Source: Eledone cirrhosa
Lineage: Eukaryota
Direction of reading: 5' to 3'
Length of the DNA: 64,000 bases
Assembly: GCA_964016885.1 (NCBI GenBank)
Contig: OZ024741.1
Coordinates: forward strand, 245,582,001 to 245,646,000
Shown here: positions 27,820 to 40,900 of the stretch, piece by piece
Position numbering within the stretch: position 1 is the first letter of the stretch
Layout: every line of letters starts with the position of its first letter
Notes under the pieces: generated by a model
Told to the model about the DNA's origin: nothing
Database searches by the model: none
The model's input: only the letters and a program-made list of their open reading frames with translations
Position numbers and translations under genes: made by a program

Positions 27820-30400
27820 TTTTTTTTTACAAATTTTCTCCCCCTGATTTTTGTTTACAAATTATCTCCGCCTGATTTTTTTAAAAAATTATCTCCCCTT
27901 GGACGGCTGGAAATTATCTCCCCTTGGACGGCTAGAAATTACCTCTCCTTGGACGGCTGAAAATTATCTCCCCTTGGACGGCTGGAAATTATCTCCCCTT
28001 GATTTTTTTACAAATAATCTCCCCCTGATTTTTTTTTACAAATTATCTCCCCCTGATTTTTTTTTTACAAATTATCTCCCCCTGATTTTTTTTTACAAAT
28101 TATCTACCCCTGATTTTTTTTACAAATTATCTCCCCCTGATTTTTTTTACAAATTATCTCCCCCTGATTTTTTTACAAATTATCTCCCCCTGATTTTTTT
28201 TACAAATTATCTCCGCCTGATTTTTTTAAATATTATCTTCCCTTGGCTGGCGGGAAATTATCTCCCCTTGGACGGCTGAAAATTATCTCCCCTTGGACGG
28301 CTGGAAATTATCTCCCCTTGATTTTTTTTACAAATTATCTCCCCCTGATTTTTTTTTACAAATTATCTCCCCCTGATTTTTTTACAAATTATCTCCCCCT
28401 GATTTTTTTTTACAAATTATCTCCCCCTGATTTTTTTTACAAATTATCTCCCTCTGATTTTTTTACAAATTATCTCCCCCTGATTTTTTTTTTACAAATT
28501 ATCTCCCCCTGATTTTTTTTTACAAATTATCTCCCCCTGATTTTTTTTTACAAATTATCTCCCCCTGATTTTTTTTACAAATTATCTCCCCCCTGATTTT
28601 TTTACAAATTATCTCCCCTTGGCTGGCTGGAAATTATCTCCCCTTGGAGGCTGGAACTTATCTCCCCTTGGACGGCTAGAAATTACCTCTCCTTGGACGG
28701 CTGGAAAATATGTCTCCTTGGACGGCTGGATATTATCTCCCCTTGGACGGCTGGAAATTATCTCCCCTTGGACGGCTGGAAATTATCTCCCATTGGATGG
28801 CTAGATATTACCTCCCCTTGGACGGCTGGAAATTATCTCCCCTTGATCTTTTTACAAATTATCTCCCCCTGATTTTTTTTTTACAAATTATCTCCCCCTG
28901 ATTTTTTTTTACAAATTATCTACCCCTGATTTTTTTTTACAAATTATCTCCCCCTGATTTTTTTTACAAATTATCTCCCCCTGATTTTTTTTTTTACAAA
29001 TTATCTCCCCCTGATTTTTTTACAAATTATCTCCCACTGATTTTTTTTACAAATTATCTCCGCCTGATTTTTTAAATATTATCTCTCCTTGGCTGGCGGG
29101 AAATTATCTCCCCTTGGACGGCTGGAAATTATCTCCCCTTGGAAGGATGGAAATTATCTCCCCTTGGACGGCTGGAAATTATCTACCCCTGATTTTTTTT
29201 ACAAATTATCTCCCCCTGATTTTTTTTACAAATTATCTCCCCCTGATTTTTTTTACAAATTATCTACCCCTGATTTTTTTTACAAATTATCTCCCCCTGA
29301 TTTTTTTTACAAATTATCTCCCCATGATTTTTCTTTTACAAATTATCTCCCCCTGATTTTTTTACAAATTATCTCCCCCTGATTTTTTTTACAAATTATC
29401 TCCGCCTGATTTTTTTAAATATTATCCTCCCTTGGCTGGCGGGAAATTATCTCCCCTTGGACGGCTGAAAATTATCTCCCCTTGGACGGCTGGAAATTAT
29501 CTCCCCTTGATTTTTTTTACAAATTATCTCCCCCTGATTTTTTTTTACAAATTATCTCCCCCTGATTTTTTTTACAAATTATCTCCCCCTGATTTTTTTT
29601 TACAAATTATCTCCCACTGATTTTTTTACAAATTATCTCCCCCTGATTTTTTTTACAAATTATCTCCGCCTGATTTTTTAAAATATTATCTTCCCTTGGC
29701 TGGCGGGAAATTATCTCCCCTTGGACGGCTGGAAATTATCTGCCCTTGATTTTCTTTTTACAAATTATCTTCCACTGATTTTTTTTACAAATTATCTCCA
29801 CCTGATTTTTTTAAAAATTATCTCCCCTTCGCTGGCTGGAAATTATCTCCCCTTGGACGCTGGAAATTATAGCCCCTTGGAGGGCTGGAAATTATCTTCC
29901 CTTGGACGGCTGGAAATTATCTCCCCTTGATTTTTTTTACAAATTATCTCCCCCTGATTTTTTTTTACAAATTATCTACCCCTGATTTTTTTTTACAACT
30001 TATCTGCGCCTGATTTTTTTAAAAAAATTATCTTCCCTTGGACGGCTGGAAATTATCTCCCCTTGGACGGCTGGAAATTATTTCTCCTTGGACGGCTAGA
30101 ATTTACCTCTCCTTGGACGGCTGAAAATTATCTCCCCTTGGACGGCTGGAAATTATCTCCCCTTGATTTTTTTTACAAATTATCTCCCCCTGATTTTTTT
30201 TTACAAATTATCTCCCCCTGATTTTTTTTTACAAATTATCTCCCCCTGATTTTTTTTTACAAATTATCTCCCCATGATTTTTTTTACAAATTATCTCCCC
30301 CTGATTTTTTTACAAATTATCTCCCCTTGGCTGGCTGGAAATTATCTCCCCTTGGAGGCTGGAACTTATGTCCCCTTGGACGGCTAGAAATTACCTCTCC
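27820..30400 (+). repeat. ~2.6 kb block duplicated at ~7.0 kb offset (partner ~34800-37590)
   Basis: Marker ORF pairs 28243/35249, 28619/35625, 28710/35716, 29114/36120 (offset 7006) and 29432/36439 (7007). Shared rare variants AAATTTTCTC, CCCATTGGATGG, GATCTTTTT and CCCATGA. Confidence 0.85.
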
Positions 30401-33400
30401 TTGGACGGCTGGAAAATATGTCTCCTTGGACGGCTGGATATTATCTCCCCTTGGACGGCTGGAAATTATCTCCCCTTGGACGGCTGGAAATTATCTCCCC
30501 TTGGATGGCTAGATATTACCTCCCCTTGGGCGGCTGGAAATTATCTCCCCTTGATTTTTTTTACAAATTATCTCCCCCTGATTTTTTTTTACAAATTATC
30601 TCCCCGATTTTTTTTTACAAATTATCTACCCCTGATTTTTTTTTACAAATTATCTCCCCTTGGAAGGCTGGAAATTATCTCCCCTTCGCTGGCTGGAAAT
30701 TATCTCCCCTTGGACGCTGGAAATTATAGCCCCTTGGACGGCTAGAAATTATCTCTCTTTGGACGGCTGGAAATTATCACCCCTTCAGTTTTTTACAAAT
30801 TATCTCCCCCTGATTTTTTTTACAAATTATCTCCCCCTGATTTTTTTTTACAAATTATCTCCCCCTGATTTTTTTTACAAATTATCTCCCCCTGATTTTT
30901 TTACAAATTATCTCCCCTTGGCTGGCTGGAAATTACCTCCCCTTGTAGGCTGGAATTTATCTCCTCTTGGACGGCTAGAAATTACCTCTCCTTGGACGGC
31001 TGGAAAATATGTCTCCTTGGACGGCTGGATATTATCTCCCCTTGGACGGCTGGAAATTATCTCCCCTTGGACGGCTGGAAATTATCTCCCCTTGGACGGA
31101 TAGATATTACCTCCCCTTGGACGGCTGGAAATTATCTCCCCTTGATTTTTTTTTACAATTATCTCCCCCTGATTTTTTTTACAAATCTCCCAATGATTTT
31201 TAAAAAAAAATTATCTCCCCTTCGCTGGCTGGAAATTATTTCCCCTTGGACGCTGGAAATTATAGCCCCTTGGAGGGCTGGAAATTATCTTCCCTTGGAC
31301 GGCTGGAAATTATCTCCCCTTGATTTTTTTTACAAATTATCTCCCCCTGATTTTTTTTTACAAATTATCTCCCCCTGATTTTTTTTTTACAAATTATCTC
31401 CGCCTGATTTTTTTTTAAAAATTACCTGCCCTTGGAGGGCTGGAAATTATCTCCCCTTGGACGGCTGGAAATTATCTCCCCTTGGACGGCTAGAAATTAT
31501 CTCTCCTTGGACGGCTGAAAATTATCTCCCCTTGGACGGCTGCAAATTATCTCCCCTTGATTTTTTTTACAAATTATCTCCCCCTGATTTTTTTTACAAA
31601 TTATCTCCCCCTGATTTTTTTTACAAATTATCTACCCCTGATTTTTTTTACAAATTATCTCCCCCTGATTTTTTTTTACAAATTATCTCCCCCTGATTTT
31701 TTTTTACAAATTATCTCCCCCTGATTTTTTTTTTACAAATTATCTCCCCCTGATTTTTTTACAAAGTATCTCCCCCTGATTTTTTTACAATCTCCGCCTG
31801 ATTTTTTTAAAAATTATCTTCCCTTGGCTGGCGGGAAATTATCTCCCCTTGGACGGCTGGAAATTATCTCCCCTTGGAAGGATGGAAATTATCTCCCCTT
31901 GGACGGCTGGAAATTATCTCCCCTTGCACGGCTGGAAATTATCTCCCCTTGGACGGCTGGAAATTATCTCCCTTTGATTTTTTTTACAAATTATCTCCCT
32001 CTGATTTTTTCTACAAATCTCCCCCTGATTTTTTTAAAAAAATTATCTCCCCTTCGCTGGCTGGAAATTATCTCCCCTTGGACACTGGAAATTATAGCCC
32101 CTTGGAGGGCTGGAAATTATCTTCCCTTGGACGGCTGGAAATTATCTACCCCTGATTTTTTTTACAAATTATCTCCACCTTATTTTTTTAAAAAATTATC
32201 TCTCCTTGGACGGCTGGAAATTATCTCCCCTTGATTTTTTTTACAAATAATCTCCCCCTGATTTGTTTTTACAAATTATCTCCCCCTGATTTTTTTTTAC
32301 AAATTATCTACCCCTGATTTTTTTTTACAAATTATCTCCCCCTGATTTTTTTTACAAATTATCTCCCCCTGATTTTTCTTTTACAAATTATCTCCCCCTG
32401 ATTTTTTTTACAAATTATCTCCGCCTGATTTTTTTAAATATTATCTTCCCTTGGCTGGCGGGAAATTATCTCCCCTTGGACGGCTGGAAATTATCTGCCC
32501 TTGATTTTCTTTTTACAAATTATCTTCCACTGATTTTTTTTACAAATTATCTCCACCTGATTTTTTAAAAAATTATCTCCCCTTGGAAGGCTGGAAATTA
32601 TCTCCCCTTGGCTGGAAATTATCTCCCCTTGGACGGCTAGAAATTATCTCTCTTTGTACGGCTGGAAATTATCACCCCTTGAGTTTTTTACAAATTATCT
32701 CCCCCTGATTTTTTTTACAAATCTCCCAGTGTTTTTTAAAAAAAATTATCTCCCCTTCGCTGGCTGGAAATTATCTCCCCTTGGACGCTGGAAATTATAG
32801 CCCCTTGGAGGGCTGGAAATTATCTTCCCTTGGACGGCTGGAAATTATCTCCCCTTGATTTTTTTTACAAATTATCTCCCCCTGATTTTTTTTTACAAAT
32901 TATCTCCTCCTGATTTTTTTTTACAACTTATCTGCGCCTGATTTTTTTAAAAAAATTATCTTCCCTTGGACGGCTGGAAATTATCTCCCCCTGATTTTTT
33001 TTACAAATTATCTCCACCTGATTTTTTTACAAATTATCTCCCCTTGGCTGGCTGGAAATTATCTCCCCTTGGAGGCTGGAACTTATGTCCCCTTGGACGG
33101 CTAGAAATTACCTCTCCTTGGACGGCTGGAAAATATGTCTCCTTGGACGGCTGGATATTATCTCCCCTTGGACGGCTGGAAATTATCTCCCCTTGGAAGG
33201 CTGGAAATTATCTCCCCTTGGATGGCTAGATATTACCTCCCCTTGGACGGCTGGAAATTATCTCCCCTTGATTTTTTTACAAATTATCTCCCCCTGATTT
33301 TTTTTTACAAATTATCTCCCCCTGATTTTTTTTTACAAATTATCTCCCCCTGATTTTTGTTTACAAATTATCTCCGCCTGATTTTTTTTAAAAAATTATC

Positions 33401-36400
33401 TCCCCTTGGACGGCTGGAAATTATCTCCCCTTGGACGGCTAGAAATTACCTCTCCTTGGACGGCTGAAAATTATCTCCCCTTGGACGGCTGGAAATTATC
33501 TCCCCTTGATTTTTTTACAAATTATCTCCGCCTGATTTTTTTTTTTACAAATTATCTCCCCCTGATTTTTTTTTTACAAATTATCTCCCCCTGATTTTTT
33601 TTTACAAATTATCTCCCCCTGATTTTTTTTACAAATTATCTCCCCCTGATTTTTTTTTACAAATTATCTCCCCCTGATTTTTTTACAAATTATCTCCCCC
33701 TGATTTTTTTTACAAATTATCTCCGCCTGATTTTTTTAAATATTATCTTCCCTTGGCTGGCGGGAAATTATCTCCCCTTGGACGGCTGAAAATTATCTCC
33801 CCTTGGACGGCTGGAAATTATCTCCCCTTGATTTTTTTTACAAATTATCTCCCCCTGATTTTTTTTTACAAATTATCTCCCCCTGATTTTTTTACAAATT
33901 ATCTCCCCCTGATTTTTTTTTACAAATTATCTCCCCTTGGCTGGCTGGAAATTATCTCCCCTTGGACGGCTAGAAATTACCTCTCCTTGGACGGCTGGAA
34001 AATATGTCTCCTTGGACGGCTGGATATTATCTCCCCTTGGACGGCTGGAAATCATCTCCCCTTGGACGGCTGGAAATTATCTCCCCTTGGACGGATAGAT
34101 ATTACCTCCCCTTGGACGGCTGGAAATTATCTCCCCTTGATTTTTTTACAAATTATCTCCCCCTGATTTATTTTACAAATCTCCCAATGATTTTTTAAAA
34201 AAAATTATCTCCCCTTCGCTGGCTGGAAATTATCTCCCCTTGGACGCTGGAAATTATAGCCCCTTGGAGGGCTGGAAATTATCTTCCCTTGGACGGCTGG
34301 AAATTATCTCCCCTTGATTTTTTTACAAATTATCTCCCCCTGATTTTTTTTACAAATTATCTCCCCCTGATTTTTTTTACAAATTATCTACCCCTGATTT
34401 TTTTTACAAATTATTTCCCCCTGATTTTTTTTACAAATTATCTCCCCCTGATTTTTTTTTACAAATTATCTCCCCCTGATTTTTTTACAAATTATCTCCG
34501 CCTGACTTTTTAAAAAATTATCTTCCCTTGGCTGGCTGGAAATTATCTCCCCTTGGACACTGGAAATTATAGCCCCTTGGAGGGCTGGAAATTATCTTCC
34601 CTTGGACGGCTGGAAATTATCTCCCCTTGATTTTTTTTACAAATTATCTCCGCCTGATTTTTTTTTACAAATTATCTCCCCCTGATTTTTTTTTACAAAT
34701 TATCTACCCCTGATTTTTTTTTACAAATTATCTCCCCCTGATTTTTTTTACAAATTATCTCCCCCTGATTTTTTTTTACAAATTATCTCCCCCTGATTTT
34801 TTTTTACAAATTTTCTCCCCCTGATTTTTGTTTACAAATTATCTCCGCCTGATTTTTTTAAAAAAATTATCTCCCCTTGGACGGCTGGAAATTATCTCCC
34901 CTTGGACGGCTAGAAATTACCTCTCCTTGGACGGCTGAAAATTATCTCCCCTTGGACGGCTGGAAATTATCTCCCCTTGATTTTTTTACAAATAATCTCC
35001 CCCTGATTTTTTTTTACAAATTATCTCCCACTGATTTTTTTTTTACAAATTATCTCCCCCTGATTTTTTTTTACAAATTATCTACCCCTGATTTTTTTTA
35101 CAAATTATCTCCCCCTGATTTTTTTTACAAATTATCTCCCCCTGATTTTTTTTTACAAATTATCTCCCCCTGATTTTTTTACAAATTATCTCCCCCTGAT
35201 TTTTTTTACAAATTATCTCCGCCTGATTTTTTTAAATATTATCTTCCCTTGGCTGGCGGGAAATTATCTCCCCTTGGACGGCTGAAAATTATCTCCCCTT
35301 GGACGGCTGGAAATTATCTCCCCTTGATTTTTTTTACAAATTATCTCCCCCTGATTTTTTTTTACAAATTATCTCCCCCTGATTTTTTTACAAATTATCT
35401 CCCCCTGATTTTTTTTTACAAATTATCTCCCCCTGATTTTTTTTACAAATTATCTCCCTCTGATTTTTTTACAAATTATCTCCCCCTGATTTTTTTTTTA
35501 CAAATTATCTCCCCCTGATTTTTTTTTACAAATTATCTCCCCCTGATTTTTTTTTACAAATTATCTCCCCCTGATTTTTTTTACAAATTATCTCCCCCCT
35601 GATTTTTTTACAAATTATCTCCCCTTGGCTGGCTGGAAATTATCTCCCCTTGGAGGCTGGAACTTATCTCCCCTTGGTCGGCTAGAAATTACCTCTCCTT
35701 GGACGGCTGGAAAATATGTCTCCTTGGACGGCTGGATATTATCTCCCCTTGGACGGCTGGAAATTATCTCCCCTTGGACGGCTGGAAATTATCTCCCATT
35801 GGATGGCTAGATATTACCTCCCCTTGGACGGCTGGAAATTATCTCCCCTTGATCTTTTTACAAATTATGTCCCCCTGATTTTTTTTTTACAAATTATCTC
35901 CCCCTGATTTTTTTTTACAAATTATCTACCCCTGATTTTTTTTTACAAATTATCTCCCCCTGATTTTTTTTACAAATAATCTCCCCCTGATTTTTTTTTT
36001 ACAAATTATCTCCCCCTGATTTTTTTACAAATTATCTCCCACTGATTTTTTTTACAAATTATCTCCGCCTGATTTTTTTAAATATTATCTCTCCTTGGCT
36101 GGCGGGAAATTATCTCCCCTTGGACGGCTGGAAATTATCTCCCCTTGGAAGGATGGAAATTATCTCCCCTTGGACGGCTGGAAATTATCTACCCCTGATT
36201 TTTTTTACAAATTATCTCCCCCTGATTTTTTTTTACAAATTATCCCCCCCTGATTTTTTTTACAAATTATCTACCCCTGATTTTTTTTACAAATTATCTC
36301 CCCCTGATTTTTTTTACAAATTATCTCCCCATGATTTTTCTTTTACAAATTATCTCCCCCTGATTTTTTTACAAATTATCTCCCCCTGATTTTTTTTACA

Positions 36401-37579
36401 AATTATCTCCGCCTGATTTTTTAAAATATTATCTTCCCTTGGCTGGCGGGAAATTATCTCCCCTTGGACGGCTGAAAATTATCTCCCCTTGGACGGCTGG
36501 AAATTATCTCCCCTTGATTTTTTTTACAAATTATCTCCCCCTGATTTTTTTTTACAAATTATCTCCCCCTGATTTTTTTTACAAATTATCTCCCCCTGAT
36601 TTTTTTTTACAAATTATCTCCCCCTGATTTTTTTACAAATTATCTCCCCCTGATTTTTTTTACAAATTATCTCCGCCTGATTTTTTAAAATATTATCTTC
36701 CCTTGGCTGGCGGGAAATTATCTCCCCTTGGACGGCTGGAAATTATCTGCCCTTGATTTTCTTTTTACAAATTATCTTCCACTGATTTTTTTTACAAATT
36801 ATCTCCACCTGATTTTTTTAAAAATTATCTCCCCTTGGAAGGCTGGAAATTATCTCCCCTTGGCTGGAAATTATCTCCCCTTGGACGGCTAGAAATTATC
36901 TCTCTTTGGACGGCTGGAAATTATCACCCCTTGAGTTTTTTACAAATTATCTCCCCCTGATTTTTTTTACAAATCTCCCAGTGATTTTTAAAAAAAAATT
37001 ATCTCCCCTTCGCTGGCTGGAAATTATCTCCCCTTGGACGCTGGAAATTATAGCCCCTTGGAGGGCTGGAAATTATCTTCCCTTGGACGGCTGGAAATTA
37101 TCTCCCCTTGATTTTTTTTACAAATTATCTCCCCCTGATTTTTTTTTACAAATTATCTACCCCTGATTTTTTTTTACAACTTATCTGCGCCTGATTTTTT
37201 TTAAAAAATTATCTTCCCTTGGACGGCTGGAAATTATCTCCCCTTGGACGGCTGGAAATTATTTCTCCTTGGACGGCTAGAATTTACCTCTCCTTGGACG
37301 GCTGAAAATTATCTCCCCTTGGACGGCTGGAAATTATCTCCCCTTGATTTTTTTTACAAATTATCTCCCCCTGATTTTTTTTTACAAATTATCTCCCCCT
37401 GATTTTTTTTTACAAATTATCTCCCCCTGATTTTTTTTTACAAATTATCTCCCCATGATTTTTTTTACAAATTATCTCCCCCTGATTTTTTTACAAATTA
37501 TCTCCCCTTGGCTGGCTGGAAATTATCTCCCCTTGGAGGCTGGAACTTATGTCCCCTTGGACGGCTAGAAATTACCTCT

Positions 37580-37930
37580 CCTTGGACGGCTGGAAATTAT
37601 CTGCCCTTGATTTTGTTTTTACAAATTATCTCCCCCTGATTTTTTTAAAAATTATCTCCTGATTTTTGAAAAAATTATCTCCCCTTCGACGGCTGGAAAT
37701 TATCTCCCGTTTGCTGGAAATTATCTTCCCTTGGACGGCTGGAAATTATCTCCCCTTGGACGGCTGGAAATTATCTGCCCTTGATTTTGTTTTTACAAAT
37801 TATCTCCCCCTGATTTTTTTAAAAATTATCTCCTGATTTTTGAAAAAATTATCTCCCCTTCGACGGCTGGAAATTATCTCCCGTTTGCTGGAAATTATCT
37901 TCCCTTGGACGGCTGGAAATTATCTCCCCT
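37580..37930 (+). repeat. 174-bp direct tandem duplication
   Basis: The rare string ATTATCTCCTGATTTTTGAAAAAA...CTTCGACGG...CCCGTTTGCTGG starts at 37651 and again at 37825. CTGCCCTTGA occurs at 37601 and 37775. Confidence 0.85.
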
Positions 37931-40900
37931 TGATTTTTGTTACATATTATCTCCCCCTGATTTTTTTTTACAAATTATCTCCCCGATTTTTTTCTACAAA
38001 TTATCTCCCCCTGATTTTTTTGTTACAAATTATCTCCGCCTGATTTTTTTAAAAAAATCTATCCTTGGACGGCTGGAAATTATCTCCCCTTGGACGGCTG
38101 GAAATTAACTCCCCTTGGACGGCTAGAAATTACCTCTCCTTGGACGGCTGAAAATTATCTCCCCTTGGCTGGCTGGAAATTATCTCCCCTTGGAGGCTGG
38201 AATTTATCTCCCCTTGGACGGCTGGAAATTATCTCCCCTTGGACGGCTAGAAATTACCTCTCCTTGGACGGCTGGAAATTATCTCCCCTTGAACGCCTGG
38301 AAATTATCTCCCCTTGGACGGCTGGAAATTATCTCCCCTTGGACGGCTGGAAATTATCTCCCCTTGGACGGCTAGAAATTACCTCTCCTTGGACGGCTGG
38401 AAATTATCTCCCCTTGGACGGCTGGAAATTATCTCCCCTTGGACGGCTGGAAATTATTTCCCCTTGATTTTTTTTTACAAATTATCTACCCCTGATTTTT
38501 TTTTACAAATTATCTCCCCCTGATTTTTTTTACAAATTATCTCCCCCTGATTTTTTTTTACAAATTATCTCCCCCTGATTTTTTTTACAAATTATCTCCC
38601 CCTGATTTTTTTTTACAAATTATCTCCCCCTGATTTTTTTTTACAAATTATCTCCCCCTGATTTTTTTACAAATTATCTCCCCCTGATTTTTTTTACAAA
38701 TTATCTCCGCCTGATTTTTTAAAATATTATCTTCCCTTGGCTGGCGGGAAATTATCTCCCCTTGGACGGCTGGAAATTATCTGCCCTTGATTTTCTTTTT
38801 ACAAATTAACTTCCACTGATTTTTTTTACAAATTATCTCCACCTGATTTTTTTAAAAATTATCTCCCCTTGGAAGGCTGGAAATTATCTCCCCTTGGCTG
38901 GAAATTATCTCCCCTTGGACGGCTAGAAATTATCTCTCTTTGGACGGCTGGAAATTATCACCCCTTGAGTTTTTTACAAATTATCTCCCCCTGATTTTTT
39001 TTACAAATCTCCCAGTGATTTTTAAAAAAAAATTATCTTCCCTTCGCTGGCTGGAAATTATCTCCCCTTGGACGCTGGAAATTATAGCCCCTTGGAGGGC
39101 TGGAAATTATCTTCCCTTGGACGGCTGGAAATTACCTCCCCTTGATTTTTTTTACAAATTATCTCCCCCTGATTTTTTTTTACAAATTATCTCCCCCTGA
39201 TTTTTTTTTACAACTTATCTGCGCCTGATTTTTTTAAAAAAATTATCTCCCCTTGGACGGCTGGAAATTATCTCCCCTTGGACGGCTGGAAATTATCTCT
39301 CCTTGGACGGCTAGAATTTACCTCTCCTTGGACGGCTGAAAATTATCTCCCCTTGGACGGCTGGAAATTATCTCCCCTTGATTTTTTTTACAAATTATCT
39401 CCCCCTGATTTTTTTTTACAAATTATCTCCCCCTGATTTTTTTACAAATTATCTCCCACTGTTTTTTTTTACAAATTATCCCCGCCTGATTTTTTTAAAT
39501 ATTATCTCTCCTTGGCTGGCGGAAAATTATCTCCCCTTGGACGGCTGGAAATTATCTCCCCTTGGAAGGATGGAAATTATCTCCCCTTGGACGGCTGGAA
39601 ATTATCTACCCCTGATTTTTTTTACAAATTATCTCCCCCTGATTTTTTTTACAAATTATCTCCCCCTGATTTTTTTTACAAATTATCTACCCCTGATTTT
39701 TTTTACAAATTATCTCCCCCTGATTTTTTTTTACAAATTATCTCCCCCTGATTTTTTTACAAATTATCTCCCCCTGATTTTTTTTACAATCTCCGCCTGA
39801 TTTTTTTAAAAATTGTCTTCCCTTGGCTGGCTGGAAATTATCTCCCCTTGGACACTGGAAATTATAGCCCCTTGGAGGGCTGGAAATTATCTTCCCTTGG
39901 ACGGCTGGAAATTATCTCCCCTTGATTTTTTTTACAAATTATCTCCGCCTGATTTTTTTTTACAAATTATCTCCCCCTGATTTTTTTTTACAAATTATCT
40001 ACCCCTGATTTTTTTTTACAAATTATCTCCCCCTGATTTTTTTTACAAATTATCTCCCCCTGATTTTTCTTTTACAAATTATCTCCCCCTGATTTTTTTT
40101 ACAAATTATCTCCCCCTGATTTTTTTTACAAATTATCTCCGCCTGATTTTTTTAAATATTATCTTCCCTTGGCTGGCGGGAAATTATCTCCCCTTGGACG
40201 GCTGGAAATTATCTGCCCTTGATTTTCTTTTTACAAATTATCTTCCACTGATTTTTTTTACAAATTATCTCCACCTGATTTTTTAAAAAATTATCTCCCC
40301 TTGGAAGGCTGGAAATTATCTCCCCTTGGACGGCTGGAAATTATCTCCCCTTGGACGGCTAGAAATTATCTCTCCTTGGACGGCTGAAAATTATCTCCCC
40401 TTGGACGGCTGCAAATTATCTCCCCTTGATTTTTTTTACAAATTATCTCCCCCTGATTTTTTTTACAAATTATCTCCCCCTGATTTTTTTACAAATTATC
40501 TACCCCTGATTTTTTTTACAAATTATCTCCCCCTGATTTTTTTTTACAAATTATCTCCCCCTGATTTTTTTTTACAAATTATCTCCCCCTGATTTTTTTT
40601 TTACAAATTATCTCCCCCTGATTTTTTTACAAATTATCTCCCCCTGATTTTTTTTACAATCTCCGCCTGATTTTTTTAAAAATTATCTTCCCTTGGCTGG
40701 CGGGAAATTATCTCCCCTTGGACGGCTGGAAATTATCTCCCCTTGGAAGGATGGAAATTATCTCCCCTTGGACGGCTGGAAATTATCTCCCCTTGCACGG
40801 CTGGAAATTATCTCCCCTTGGCTGGAAATTATCTCCCCTTGGACGGCTAGAAATTATCTCTCTTTGGACGGCTGGAAATTATCTCCCTTTGATTTTTTTT

